From IMG/VR virus record IMGVR_UViG_3300028374_000008, positions 37,887-101,886 of that record: a stretch of DNA of 64,000 nucleotides; one strand, given 5' to 3'. Each line of letters opens with the position of its first letter. The first letter of the stretch is position 1. Origin of the DNA: a virus. The notes below the pieces were generated by a model that ran no database searches, had not been told where the DNA came from, and saw only the letters and a program-made list of their open reading frames with translations. This document shows, in pieces, positions 37,695-49,634 of this stretch. The position numbers and the translations under genes were made by a program.

Positions 37695-38776
37695 TAGAAG
37701 TCCTCGCTGATTGCCGCGTTGGGTCCAGTACCTCCAGGACGTTCGCGATTCGGTACCTGCTCAACTTCGGTAATCCGCATCGTAGACAAAGACAACTGTG
37801 TTGTATTTTGAGCGCCAAAACGTTCACGCAGCACAAGAGGGTCTGCGCCAGTGCGAACGTCGTCTACCCCTCCGATCGTTGCCTGGATTGCTGTGTTCTG
37901 GGGCGACGCGCGGTTGGCTGCTGCCTCTGCGGCGGGCTGAGCAACGCCGTCTACCAGGTTCGACTCACCAATAAGCTGCGACAGAGGCGAGTACGCCGAG
38001 AGTGTGACCAACGTCTGTATTTGCTCATCCGTTAAGCGCTGCTCTTTTATGGTGTCTGTTTGTGAGGTGAGCTGCTTGGTCTGAATGTCACTCTCAGTCA
38101 AAAGCCGGCTTGCGGGCACTGAGAAGTTCGACGCACGTGCCCCTGCCTCGGGCAGATACTGCACGCGTTTGACGAGCATGGAGAACGACAGCTGCGCAAA
38201 CGTTTCGTTGTTGGCGCGCAGGCTGGTCGACGTCGCAAGGATCGATCCGACCACGCGCCGTGTGTCGTACGCTAGGACGACTGGCACCTTAAACGAAGCA
38301 GTCTTTGAGCCACGCAAAAGCGACGAGTAAACAATGTGCCACGCGTCGTACCACTGGTTTTGCTGCGTGTTTAGGACGATCCCCGTGTAGCTCCACGTTG
38401 GCGCACGCTGTCCAAAGAAGTACGCGATGTAAGCGTCTGACAGTACTTCCGTGACCTGGACTTTTTCCTGGAACGACTCCTGGACGCCCTGGAGCACAAA
38501 ATCGACATAGATGCGCCCTGCGAACTGTGGGCCCCGTTGAACGAACGCGTCCGCATACGGTTTGGCTTGTTCAGGTAGTGCGTTCTTAATCTGTTTGAAC
38601 AACGCCTCAGTCGGCACCGGAATGTACATCCGGGCCTGCGTTGTCTGCGTCGACTCGAGCGACGCGCTGGCGTTGAACTTGGGCGTGAACGCAGGATGCT
38701 CTGCGTACAGGCCTTTGTACTTGGACTCGCTCCCCTCGTTGAGTGAGGAGTCGCCACCGTATACTGGACCGCTCAT
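37694..38776 (-). CDS. Tail tube initiator / baseplate-like protein
   Basis: DFVLQGVQESFQEKVQV..YFFGQRAP..Y.G motif; downstream of the tape measure gene. Confidence 0.6.
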   Translation of the reverse strand: MSGPVYGGDSSLNEGSESKYKGLYAEHPAFTPKFNASASLESTQTTQARMYIPVPTEALFKQIKNALPEQAKPYADAFVQRGPQFAGRIYVDFVLQGVQESFQEKVQVTEVLSDAYIAYFFGQRAPTWSYTGIVLNTQQNQWYDAWHIVYSSLLRGSKTASFKVPVVLAYDTRRVVGSILATSTSLRANNETFAQLSFSMLVKRVQYLPEAGARASNFSVPASRLLTESDIQTKQLTSQTDTIKEQRLTDEQIQTLVTLSAYSPLSQLIGESNLVDGVAQPAAEAAANRASPQNTAIQATIGGVDDVRTGADPLVLRERFGAQNTTQLSLSTMRITEVEQVPNRERPGGTGPNAAISEDF

Positions 38777-38991
38777 GTGCCGATGTCCTGTGTTTGCTGG
38801 TTAATCGTAGGGACCAGGCGTTGCTGTTTCTGGATGAGCTTAGCACGTGAGACGATGCCGGGCACACGGATCGACGACGAAGCACCCTGCCGTGCGTTGG
38901 CGGTGATGTTGTCGTGGAAGATGCGTACGTAGCTGTAGCCGGACGTCCCGACGAGTTTGAGTTGGCGTTTAGCGGATACTTGTTGTGTCAC
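38773..38991 (-). CDS. Small hypothetical tail-module protein
   Basis: Overlap-coupled on both sides. Confidence 0.6.
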   Translation of the reverse strand: MTQQVSAKRQLKLVGTSGYSYVRIFHDNITANARQGASSSIRVPGIVSRAKLIQKQQRLVPTINQQTQDIGT

Positions 38992-41900
38992 ACGCCACCT
39001 CCTGTGGCGGTAGGCTGGGACTTCTTGCCTGCTGCGGTGTCCTTCTCCGCGATGGGACTGTTGTTTTCGATGGCACGTGTGAGGTTCTTCATCGCCTCGG
39101 TGTTGCTCTGTACGATGATGGAGTTCCCGCCCATTGCGCGGTTAAGGTCCGTAAAGAACTCACGCTGCGATTCGATTGCCTCCACCTGGCTCGACACGGC
39201 CCCGCTCTTACCTGATTTGTCTCTCTTATCGAGCGTCGAGGGGTCCATGCCTGCCATGGCTTTATTGACCGCCGCGATACCTGCTGAATCTGCTTTAAAA
39301 TCATCGGCGAGCACCATATCGAGGATACCGCCCAGGCCTTTTTCTCGTGCCTCAGCTCGCTGGTCTGACGTCAGGCCTTGGAAGTCTGCGATAAGTTCCT
39401 TCGTGGAGCCCGCCTTGTCTGCGCCAAGATCCTCGAGCTGCGTAGCAACTTTGTTACGTGCTTCGTCAGCTGTTTTAATCTTGATGATGTCACTGAGGGC
39501 ATCGAGACGTTTCTTTGTGTTCGCGGGGTCGATGTCTGCTGTTTTCTGGCTGCCACCCCACCAGTTCGAGTTTTCATTCATCAGCTTACCCGAGCGCTCC
39601 ATTATCGCTTTCTTTACGTCTGAAGGCAGACCTCTAAAATACTTTTGCGCCTTCTCAAGCCTGCCTGCGAAAGCTTTGCCGTCCCGTTCTTGTAGCTTTT
39701 TTGCATACGTAGACCCCCACGACCCGTCTTGTTTCGCCGCAGCCAAGACGAGATAACCCACGTCTTTGTAGGTAGTCAGTTCTTTAAGCGCTAATTTCTC
39801 TGCCTTCGACATGTCGTCCAGGTCAGAGAACCCTGTGCTCTCAAGAGCATCGTTTAGGGCTCCTACACCGCCGCCTGAGAGAAAACTTTGACCTGCTTTT
39901 GACGTTTGCGCTGCTGCGGTCTGTTTACCCATAGAATTTAAGTACTCGTCTCTACTTTCCGTGCCCATCGTATTCGCGCTGTCACGTTGGATGGCGGCGA
40001 TCTCGTCTGCGGACATATCCGAAGGGTCAATCCCCTGGCTTTGCAGTGTTGCGCCAATTTCGGTGTCCGTTAGAAGCGCTGCGTCTCCTATGTTTAACTT
40101 ATTTTTCGCAGATATTTTACGTCCTAATATTTTTGTTACTTTCGCGTACTTGTCAGCCCCGACGCGGTCTTGAACACTTGACCGCGCTGACGCCCTCTCT
40201 TGTACAGACTGGCCTGTCGTACGTTCGTTGATCTGCATCATTCTCGCCGCGCGCTTCTCGATGTTTCGCGGCTGGAAACCTCGCGACGCTTCATCTGCGA
40301 CGTCCATCATTTCGTCAGCGTTGGTAAATATGCCACCTGTCGCGCCAAGCTTGAACATATCGCCGTACAACCCAGCGGCGCGTCCGTAGGCGCTGGTGCC
40401 TGTGACTTGTTGTTGGTAGCTCTGGTAGTCTTCTGTGAAGGGTCGGTACGTCCGCTCAAAGGACGAACCGTACCCGCCGCCTTCCCGTATGCCGCGACCG
40501 CGCGCCCGTGCCATCGCACGCTCTAGCCCTGAAGCATCCGCGCTCATGCTCTTCTCGTACAAGCCCAGTCTTCCGTATGCTGCCGACAACGCTGCTGGCC
40601 CGCCCTCTTTGGTTCCTAGTCCAATACTTGAAGCCCCGGTGTCCCGTTTAAACCGCGTCGTACCTACCGCTTCGAGACGTTTGCTCTCTTCGTAGTCCGC
40701 GAGATATCCCGACACGCCGTCCTGCATATCCCCTAAGAAAGAAGTGGGGTCGCCTGGTCCGTACTTCTCCATGAAGGAGCGTTGTACAAGCCCGCCGCCT
40801 TGCCGCGCGTCGTAGCGGCGTCGGTCAAGCTCTTGTTGCATCTGGCGCATCGTGCCTTCTTGGTAACCCTTGTTGCCCATGTTCCGGATCATGGCCGCGC
40901 CGTCGGGCCCTGCAGCGAGCTCAGCGGCAGTCATAAAGTCTAAGTTGGGGTTGTCTTTCTGAATCGACATGATGGCGCGCACCATCGCCTGCTGCGTTCC
41001 TTCTGGACCCAACGACTCACCAAGCTCTGCAGTGAGTTCGCGTCCCCTAAAGCCCATGATGCGCTGACGCGCGTCTTGGCTCATGTCCATCTCCGAGGCT
41101 TTTCGCAGCGCGTCCTGGTAGGTGACATCCCCGCTCTGGAAGGCTTTGACGCGATCTTGATTGATCGAAAGTTTGCCGTCTTCCCCTTCTGACGCGAAGT
41201 ACGGCAGAAGCGGCTGCGCAACGTTCGACAGAAACGACGCGTTCATCTCTGTCATGCGCTGTCCCATACCGGATACACCACCGTAGAGTGCCAAGTTACG
41301 CGCGTTAACGGCTCCGCCTGCTACCATCTGACGTGCCTGTCCTCCGCCCATCATACCTGTTTGAAGCCCTTGGCCAGCAACAAGACCTGAGCCCTGGTAG
41401 ATTCCGGCGCCTTGTAAGCCCTGTGTCTGCATGAGCTGGTCGACGTCCATTCCAGCCATGCGCGCGTACTGGTCCATGTTCGAGACGGCTTGGTTCATCT
41501 CGTTTAGGCCGACGCCCAAACGCCGGAGCTGTCCAATCTTCTGGATGTTGTTCCGGAAATCAGGGTCGCCCGTGATCTCTGCGAACGTGCCAACAATGCC
41601 GGACAACTGTTTGACCGTGTCGACGATCTGGTCTTTGTTCTGCGCAAAGTCCATCAGGCCCTGCTCGCCGCCTGCCTGCATGATCTCCATGAAGTCACGT
41701 CGGTTACGGCTGCCGCCTGACGCTCCTGCCATCCGGTCAAAGTCATACGTGAGGGCCTGGGACGCGCTCGTAGATAAGCCGGAGCCTGAAATGTCGAGGT
41801 CACGCGATGCTCCCACCATGAACTGCCGCGACGCAAACTGGCCGCGGATGGCATCGGCACGCCGCTCAATAGCAGGTCTGAACGTAGCTTCGGTTGCCTG

Positions 41901-42668
41901 GGTCACCCCGGGGATGTACTGCGCAAACGCGCCCCCCAGCATACCCATCTCAGCACCAAATTTAGCGCCTGCCGGGCCGCCCATAAAGCCCCCAAGAGCG
42001 GCTCCTCCTATACCACCTGCGTACATACCGCCTGCCGCGACCAGGTTCCCTGCCGCAGCTTCCGCGTAGCCTGCTGTTCCCTGTGAGATGAGCCGTGCTT
42101 GTTCTGAGCCTGTGTACATCGCGGCGTCGTATCCACGAGAGAACTGAGGCATGGGCGTGTTGCGTACAAGCCCGGGAGAAAACGGAACCATGGCGTCAGG
42201 TACGCGCTGTCCGCCTGTACCGAGCGGGCGTGGCGCTCTAAAATCGGGAACAGGCGCCTGTCGAAACACACCTGCACGTGCTGGCGTCATGTGCCCTGCG
42301 GACGCCATGTTCATGGACGGGTCCATGTACGAGGCGTACATCGGATTCATATTGTAGGACTGCGCCTGCGCCATGCCAGCTTGCATACCGCCCATAACTC
42401 CGGGAGACTGCGAAGCCGTGTGGAACGGTTGGTTCACGTTCGACATGCCCGACATCGGGTCAAACGAAGGTGTAGGCGGGGGCGGGGGTGGAGGTTGGAC
42501 GGTCATCGTCGGCACAGGCGGAGGCGGCGTTTGCTGCTGTGGTGCCTGCGCAGACATCATCGAACCCATGGGCGTTGCCGTCGGCCCGCCGAAGTGCGAG
42601 ATCGTTGTCGACATGCCCTGGTAACCGGACATGACGTCGTTTAGCGTTCTTGAAAAGTCGTCTGCCAT
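38988..42668 (-). CDS. Tape measure protein
   Basis: 1226 aa, Met/Gly/Ala-rich and helical; directly downstream of the frameshifting chaperone pair. Confidence 0.8.
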   Translation of the reverse strand: MADDFSRTLNDVMSGYQGMSTTISHFGGPTATPMGSMMSAQAPQQQTPPPPVPTMTVQPPPPPPPTPSFDPMSGMSNVNQPFHTASQSPGVMGGMQAGMAQAQSYNMNPMYASYMDPSMNMASAGHMTPARAGVFRQAPVPDFRAPRPLGTGGQRVPDAMVPFSPGLVRNTPMPQFSRGYDAAMYTGSEQARLISQGTAGYAEAAAGNLVAAGGMYAGGIGGAALGGFMGGPAGAKFGAEMGMLGGAFAQYIPGVTQATEATFRPAIERRADAIRGQFASRQFMVGASRDLDISGSGLSTSASQALTYDFDRMAGASGGSRNRRDFMEIMQAGGEQGLMDFAQNKDQIVDTVKQLSGIVGTFAEITGDPDFRNNIQKIGQLRRLGVGLNEMNQAVSNMDQYARMAGMDVDQLMQTQGLQGAGIYQGSGLVAGQGLQTGMMGGGQARQMVAGGAVNARNLALYGGVSGMGQRMTEMNASFLSNVAQPLLPYFASEGEDGKLSINQDRVKAFQSGDVTYQDALRKASEMDMSQDARQRIMGFRGRELTAELGESLGPEGTQQAMVRAIMSIQKDNPNLDFMTAAELAAGPDGAAMIRNMGNKGYQEGTMRQMQQELDRRRYDARQGGGLVQRSFMEKYGPGDPTSFLGDMQDGVSGYLADYEESKRLEAVGTTRFKRDTGASSIGLGTKEGGPAALSAAYGRLGLYEKSMSADASGLERAMARARGRGIREGGGYGSSFERTYRPFTEDYQSYQQQVTGTSAYGRAAGLYGDMFKLGATGGIFTNADEMMDVADEASRGFQPRNIEKRAARMMQINERTTGQSVQERASARSSVQDRVGADKYAKVTKILGRKISAKNKLNIGDAALLTDTEIGATLQSQGIDPSDMSADEIAAIQRDSANTMGTESRDEYLNSMGKQTAAAQTSKAGQSFLSGGGVGALNDALESTGFSDLDDMSKAEKLALKELTTYKDVGYLVLAAAKQDGSWGSTYAKKLQERDGKAFAGRLEKAQKYFRGLPSDVKKAIMERSGKLMNENSNWWGGSQKTADIDPANTKKRLDALSDIIKIKTADEARNKVATQLEDLGADKAGSTKELIADFQGLTSDQRAEAREKGLGGILDMVLADDFKADSAGIAAVNKAMAGMDPSTLDKRDKSGKSGAVSSQVEAIESQREFFTDLNRAMGGNSIIVQSNTEAMKNLTRAIENNSPIAEKDTAAGKKSQPTATGGGV

Positions 42669-42674
42669 GACGTC

Positions 42675-43777
42675 CTACGTGCCGTTTAACCACGTATTAA
42701 TATCGAAGTTGTCGCCCGTGACCCAGGTCAAATAATCCTGGTTATGCTTCTCGGTCTCGAGACGACGAATCCGCTCCTCCATCGTACCACGTACATGGCT
42801 CGTACGGTATGCACTCTGATCAAGCTCTGCGAGTAACTTCTTAAACAGCGGCTCGATAAACGCGTAACGGTCCTTCCACTCGACGCCTGGGCCCACACCA
42901 CTCATCGCATACGCTGTCATGATCTCGTGGTTAATCTTCGTGGCTTCGAAGCGCTGCTCTCTGTCCATGACCTCTGCCCACAGCCTGTTCACGGCCAGCC
43001 CGACGCGATCTGTCCAGGGTGGTAAGTCTACGCCCTGACGCTTGAGCTGGATGCGCGCTCTCAGGATGGGGTGGGATAAAAATTTTCGATGTAACCCTCC
43101 TGGAAGACAACGTCGATCTTACGGTCAAACTCGTAGAGCTTGTTCTGCAACAGAACGAAGACAGGCTGCGGGATGGTCGCCAGCCATTTGACCGTGTTAC
43201 GGATACCATCGTCGTCGCGCTCAAACGTTACATCCCCGTAACGGACAAGCGAGCTTACGAGGTTCTGTTTGGCGATCTCCGAGGTGATCGTCATGCGATA
43301 CTTGGGCTGCATCGACTCCAGCACTTCGTTTAGACGGTCTTGGTCGGCTTGTGTACGTGTGCGCAACACGACGTACTTGGTGTCGGTCATCGGGATCTTT
43401 TCTGCGTACGGCTTTAAGTCCACGACGATACGGTCGATGATTTTGCGTGCTTCAACTTCTGATATGTTCTCTGATTTGAGTAGATTCTTGTAGCGCTCTT
43501 GTGGCGAATCTTCGAGATCGGCAAGTTGAGCTTGTGCTTCCTCGAGCTGGTCGTCTAACGACTTCGACGATGCCGGTTCCGGGCTTTTGGCTTTCGGCGT
43601 GGGCTCGCCTGCGTTGGGGCCCTGTGCGTTCTGGCCGACTACTTCGCTGGGCAGGTCTGTGCCGTCTGTGCCTTGGGGTGCTTCTTGCCCAAAGAAGTCC
43701 ATAAGGGCAGAGGCAGTCTCCGAGGAGATGTCAGCGTCGTCAGGGATAGGTTGGTTCAAAAGGTCTTCGCTACTCAT
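42675..43777 (-). CDS. Tail assembly chaperones G/GT (G = 43061-43777; GT made by -1 frameshift into the frame ending at 42675)
   Basis: In-frame slippery heptamer A AAT TTT at 43079-43085; the -1 frame is open through LSHPILRARIQLKRQG...NRLWAEVMDR to 42675. Confidence 0.8.
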
Positions 43778-43855
43778 CGTAGGCTCCGTATAATGCTCAC
43801 AGTTTTTCGCGTTTGGATGGTACAAGTAAACAACACTACACACCAGTGAGATAGC

Positions 43856-46800
43856 ATGGCAACTTCGCCTCGAGCTTTGATTTGTGTTCTCGACACCGAA
43901 GAACAGTGGGCGAGACTGATGCAGTTTTTTCGTGACCACGATGTTGAGGAAGGTTCTGACCCCATTAACGCCTACGACGCGCGCGAGGACTTCGTCTATT
44001 ACTGGGGCCGCGACGGGTGGCGCAAGGGTTACTGGCACGCACGCATCTACCGCGAAGAAGCCGGTGGGCGGTGGAACATGCTCGCCCAACAAAACCCGGA
44101 CGACAGAGCTGCAGACGTTCTGCAAATCTCACGCGCCGTAGCGGGTCACATCCAAGACATTATCCAACCTAAAGACGAGAACGTTGATGACTGACAAAGA
44201 TCGCAACAAAACCATCCTTGAGGTGGTAAAAGAATCTGGAGGCGTAATCATGGTCCAAGGCAAGACGGTGGCATTAAAGACCGGCTTGAACACCATGATT
44301 TTCTTGCCGCCAGACCGAGGCTGGGAATTCGTATCTGTAACGCCTAACTACACCCACGCACTTTGGAGACCGCCTCGTGAAGAAAGAGAACACAGCAGCG
44401 AGTGACACACTCCGCATCAAGACCACGCGCACCTGTCCCTTAGGTAAGCGGTGCCCTGTTTACCTGGTAAACGCGGGGATGACGCCCGGAAGGGTCATCC
44501 GGGCAGGCGACACTATCCGGTTGGATAAGGACCCCAACCATATCCATCGCGTAGTCAGTGTCACCACGGACTACGGCCCGCACCTCGGACGCTTCATGAT
44601 CGGGGGGAAGTCCGAGCAGCTCGCAGCAGCCATGCTCATCTTAGACAACAAAAGCGTCATCTACGTGCGTAGCAATGTCGAAAAGATATGCGCTTCGTGC
44701 CGGGAGGTCGTTGTAACCTTTGACAATTAGGAGCCTTATAATGCTCACCCTTCGTAAGACTACTCTCCCTGAAGGCTCAACGTTTAAAGCGCTGCCCAGC
44801 GCCGTTGAACGCTACCAGGCGCTCTATCCCGCCCACGACCGTTCCTACAACGACGCCTGCGACGAGCTTGTCGAGATGGCGACGTTGGCCTGCGACCAGG
44901 ACCAGATCTTTACCAACCCCAAACGTGACGGACAGATTGTCGCGTACTCCAATCTTCCTCAGCCTTCTTGGCTTGTGATCGCAGCGTCGACCAGTGACGA
45001 CGCCACCCACGTCATCGTCACGCTACTTGCACACAAAGACAGGGACTTCTCCGATGAGCTCGACCAACTCTCTGCGTGAGCGTGCAGCCACATGCATGCC
45101 TTCTCTTTTCACGTCTCTACCCACCCACGCGCCGTACGCAAACAAAGCACTCGTTAACTTTTTCTACACAGAGCTGGGCCAGCTACCTGCATGGGCACGT
45201 TGGTACTCAAGCTTCAACAGACACACAGACGTAAGCGAGCACCTGAAGTCGTTTAGTTCGGAGTTTCTGCTGCTCGCACTGAACGGCAACAAGATGTACG
45301 GCTACAGCTTAGACAAAGACTTTAGCAGTGGGCGTGGTCATTTCCTGACGATGCCCAACACCGGAAGCATTCTCACCTACGAGAGATGTCCTGCATTTTT
45401 GTTGCAGGCATAAACCCCAAACAACGGAACAACTTATGGCTATCAAACTCTACCGACACATTCACACCGGACAACTCATTGTGCTGCGCGAGAAGACCTA
45501 CGCGCCCAACTGGATTCGGCGCACGACGGTCGACTTCGTGGCAGACATTGCCCGGAGTGAGGTCGATTCGTTCGACAACGCATACGTCGACATGTGCACG
45601 TCGATCATTGTCGAGCGGCCAGGCACCCCGCCGATTGCAGGCGTTGCGTGTGAGACCGTCTTCCCGCAAGACGAAGATGAGACTACACGTGTCACGCTGT
45701 ACTATTACAGCTGGCCGGAGATCAAAGGTGACACGCTGCACTTGGAAATGGCGCGCCCCAACAACACATATCACGCCGACGAGCAGATCGTAGACTTTCC
45801 CGAGTGGCTTGTGCCTGACGCTGCTACCCTCTACCAAGAGCTGCCTACAGACGACGAAGACGCGGACGAAGAACTGGTTGAAGACGCTAGAGAGTAACGC
45901 CGCCGTCACGACAAAGACAAAAGGAGGTACACATGCCTATGCTGACAACCGAAGATTTTTGCATTCCCCCTGCTAGAACTGCGGGGATACCACGAGGAAG
46001 TCTGGTGCTACCGATGGTGGTTACAAAACCGCCTGTGGTTCCAGAGGCTTATCACAGAGCGCTTGTGGTTCGTGGTCATGCTCCCCAGCGTCGGTGCCCT
46101 AAGACGGTGACCGTCCACGCTCTACCAACCGCTACCTGAGGAAGACGATGGCAAAGGACTGGCTGACGACGCTGGAGAAGGGAGCCCGCAAGCAGCAGGG
46201 TAGTAACCCGGACCTGTACGAAAAGAACCGTCACTACAAGGACAATGCGTCTCTTGGCATGGACGACGTTGACATTGAAGAAGAGTGGTCGTTTGAGAAG
46301 GAGGTTTATGGTCGCGACCCGTATGCTGTGACACGGCTGCATACTGTCCACCCGGAAGGCATTGAACAGGCGTTGCAGGCGGGCGTCGACTTGGACACCT
46401 GCTACGTGTGCGAAGTGGAGGTCACGCGTCCAAAATTCCAGCCTGACAACGTAGACTTATTTCTCGATAAGTACCCCGCAGTACACAGCTTACACAAAAA
46501 CGACTTCTACGTGTTAGGATTTGGTTCGTACAAGAAAAGCTACGACCGCGGGTGCATTGACTTAAGTGTTTACCTGGTAGACACGCACCTCACTTCGACG
46601 ACGTACAGTCACACAGGCTTGGTTCGCCCGCCCATCATATTCAAGAAGATGTCGTACCTGCTGGACACCACTTCAACCCCTGACTGGATTAAAAATCATG
46701 GACGCACGATCCGCGCTGATTGAAAGCTGGGCACACTTAAGCCGGACGCTTCCCAGTGGCCTTATGAACCACCCTACAGCGCGTGAGGTGACGACGTTGG

Positions 46801-49112
46801 TCTATCGCATTATCTCAGATGAGATCAACGACGTGCGCACATGGGACGATGTGCGTGACCTCACAACGAGTGTTCTGGACGAAGTTTGGGCGCCTTCTCT
46901 GCCAAAAGAAGTCTACGTGCACGTGGTACAAGTATATGAAACATGGGTTAACCAAGCACAAAAGCTTGCGCCGACCTACACCAACCCTCCCCCCTACGTA
47001 TAACTAAGGAACAGCTATGAAACCCAACGAACGATATGACGCGAGCAACGTCGAGCAGACTGCTGAGTACAACGGCATCCCGACGTGGGTGCGTGTTTTT
47101 GAAATCCCCGACTACGCCGACTGGCAGATCTTCATTGGCTACAACGCCATGGACGAGGACACCCCGCCGCCGAAGCGTTTCTACGTGCACGTCTCACACC
47201 CCAAACTCATCGAAGACGAAGAAGAAATCGGCCTGGAGCTCGACGCCAGTGGCGACGCCACGATGCAAACGCCGGACGCGCTTCAGAAGGCTCTCGGGGA
47301 CGAGACCGACGACCTCGTTGCGCTGGCCAAGCAGGCGCTTGAAACCTACGCCGCGCTCCTCTTCCTTCGCGGAGAGACTACGTGAGCTTGAACAACACTG
47401 ACGTCGCTACACTATTCGTACGGAAACGTGGGGCAGGGTCGGGCCGCAGCAGTACAGGCAACTTCTGGTGGGAAGATGGAAAAATCTACTCCTACAACAT
47501 GCTGATTGGACAGTACTGCGGCTCGACGTTGTTTTTGACCACACGTGACGACTCCCCGTCTGTCACGACAACCCAACACATAGGAAAACTTTACACCGCT
47601 TCGTTTAACACGACGCGCGGTATCGTGTCATTTGACCTGCTTGATCAAGTAGGCGTACGCCTGGGCGACGTTGTCGCTTGGACGCGGCATACATACGGGG
47701 GCGACTGCATTAGTCTTGGCTTTAAAGCGTTCTGGTTGCACGTCGCCGAGTACCTCCCCCCAGACCCCCGGCTCACCACCATTGGACATACATGCGTGTG
47801 GCGAACCCACCGCAGCTGCACACCGTTTGAGCTACGTGACGCGCTCATCCCTGACGCAGTCAACAGCGCTGCGTGGGACACCACTGTGTGGATGATCGGC
47901 GACTACTACATCGTGGGACTAAACGACACGGACTACACGCGTGCGCACAAAGGCACGCCCACCTGGAAGATTGGCGTAAAACAGAGACCGATGACGGCGC
48001 TCGACCGTGCCAAAGAAGACCGGTACGCCTACTGCGGTATGTTACGCATTGAAGGGTACAGCTTCTCTCCGTCCAACGACGGTCATGAGTGGTTCCGCGT
48101 CGTGCCGGCCAACGTCTTGTCGTACCCCGCTAACTTCTCCCACCCTGTGCCCTTAGATGAGTAAACGTAAAGACGATCTCGAAGACCACCTCCTTAACAT
48201 ATGCGACGAGCTTGGCTACGCGTTGTTTTTTGATCTGTGCTACGACCTGCCCGATTTCCACGACACGCTCCACGACAAACTCTTGTTGTACCGTGACACC
48301 CAGACACGTCGCCCGATCAATCAAGACCGTATGCTTAAGCTCCGAACCGCCCTACTTGACCGACTGGACCAAAAAGAAATGGCAGAAGAAGACGGCATTA
48401 AAAACATGGACATCTTCACGGACGAGCAGAAGCAAGCCGCCAAGGAGATCGCCCAGAGCGACGACATTCGTGCGCGCCAGCGCATCATCACGGAAGTCCT
48501 GCCAATGGATGCACCTGCGGGTGTGCGCATCCAACTGGATGAACACGACCGTATCTCAAGCTACGCAGGCTACCTGCCTGCCTACGCAGCCTACGCACTC
48601 ATCGACCACTACAAAAAAGAGTAACCCATGTTCACCAAGCTCATCCCGGCGGCGAAAGCCGCCTTTTCTTTTTTCTCCAACAACCCGGCCATCACGCGAG
48701 GCATTTTCGGTGTCGGCACGGCCATCTACAACGCCACATACAAGAACAACACGCCTACTGAAGCCCCGAGCACGGGGTACACTCCCGCACCACGACCGCC
48801 AGACGGGTCTGTCACGTGTCCCACATGTGACGGCTTCGGTATCATTGAACTCCCTGACCCCGACCCCGGCGAATGGAATTAGAGTTCCACGAAATATCGA
48901 TTACTGTGGCTGCTCCAGAGTGGCACTACTCATGGTTTGGGTGGGACGATGACCACGGAGCGTGGAAGGTGTGGACACATATTTACGTGTCCCACGGTGA
49001 TCGATACTTTGGTACTTCACAGCCCTCTTTCTACTTAAAGCGTCAAGCAGGCGCTGCGATGCGTGAATGGCACGCAGAGCTTCGTTACACACACCGCATA
49101 GGACAAATCTAA
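43856..49112 (+). other. Cluster of small plus-strand hypothetical (probably early) genes, e.g. 43856-44194, 45436-45897, 46148-46723, 46698-47003, 47017-47385, 47382-48164, 48157-48624, 48628-48882
   Basis: Densely packed, mostly coupled ORFs with RBSs; no domains I recognise. Confidence 0.7.
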
Positions 49113-49113
49113 C

Positions 49114-49623
49114 ATGCTTATCTGGACTGACTTTGAAACCACGGGGCTCGACCCTTTCGCCGAACACGTTCTTGAGATTGGCGCCATCGCCACCAACGAC
49201 TCGTTCGAAGAGGTGTCGCGCTTTCACTGCGTCATCTCAACCACCGTCGACATGGACGCCGTCGACCCGTACGTGCTCGACATGCACACCAAGAATGGTC
49301 TGTGGGACTCGGTGACGCACTCCGACACCACACACGTTGACGCGGCTGCTGCGTTCTTGGCCTGGGTCAAGACACACGTCGACAAGGGGAAAGCGCCCTT
49401 ATGCGGGAGCTCTGTGCACTTTGACCGCGGCTTCATGAAGGTGCACTTCCCGGACGTCAACGATTGGCTTCACTACCGAAACATCGACGTCTCGACCCTC
49501 AAAGAACTCGGCAAGCGGGTGGGGTGGCCAGCATACGACGGACCCAGCGACAAGCGTCACCGGGCGATGGATGACATCGAGCACTCGATGCGTGAGCTCG
49601 ATCACTACCTGTCCAATATGTAA
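49114..49623 (+). CDS. orn: Oligoribonuclease (DEDDh)
   Basis: LIWTDFETTGLDP, MHTKNGL, PLCGSSVHFDR.F, HYRNIDVSTLKEL, HRAMDDI. Confidence 0.93.
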   Translation: MLIWTDFETTGLDPFAEHVLEIGAIATNDSFEEVSRFHCVISTTVDMDAVDPYVLDMHTKNGLWDSVTHSDTTHVDAAAAFLAWVKTHVDKGKAPLCGSSVHFDRGFMKVHFPDVNDWLHYRNIDVSTLKELGKRVGWPAYDGPSDKRHRAMDDIEHSMRELDHYLSNM

Positions 49624-49634
49624 GAAGGAACGAC

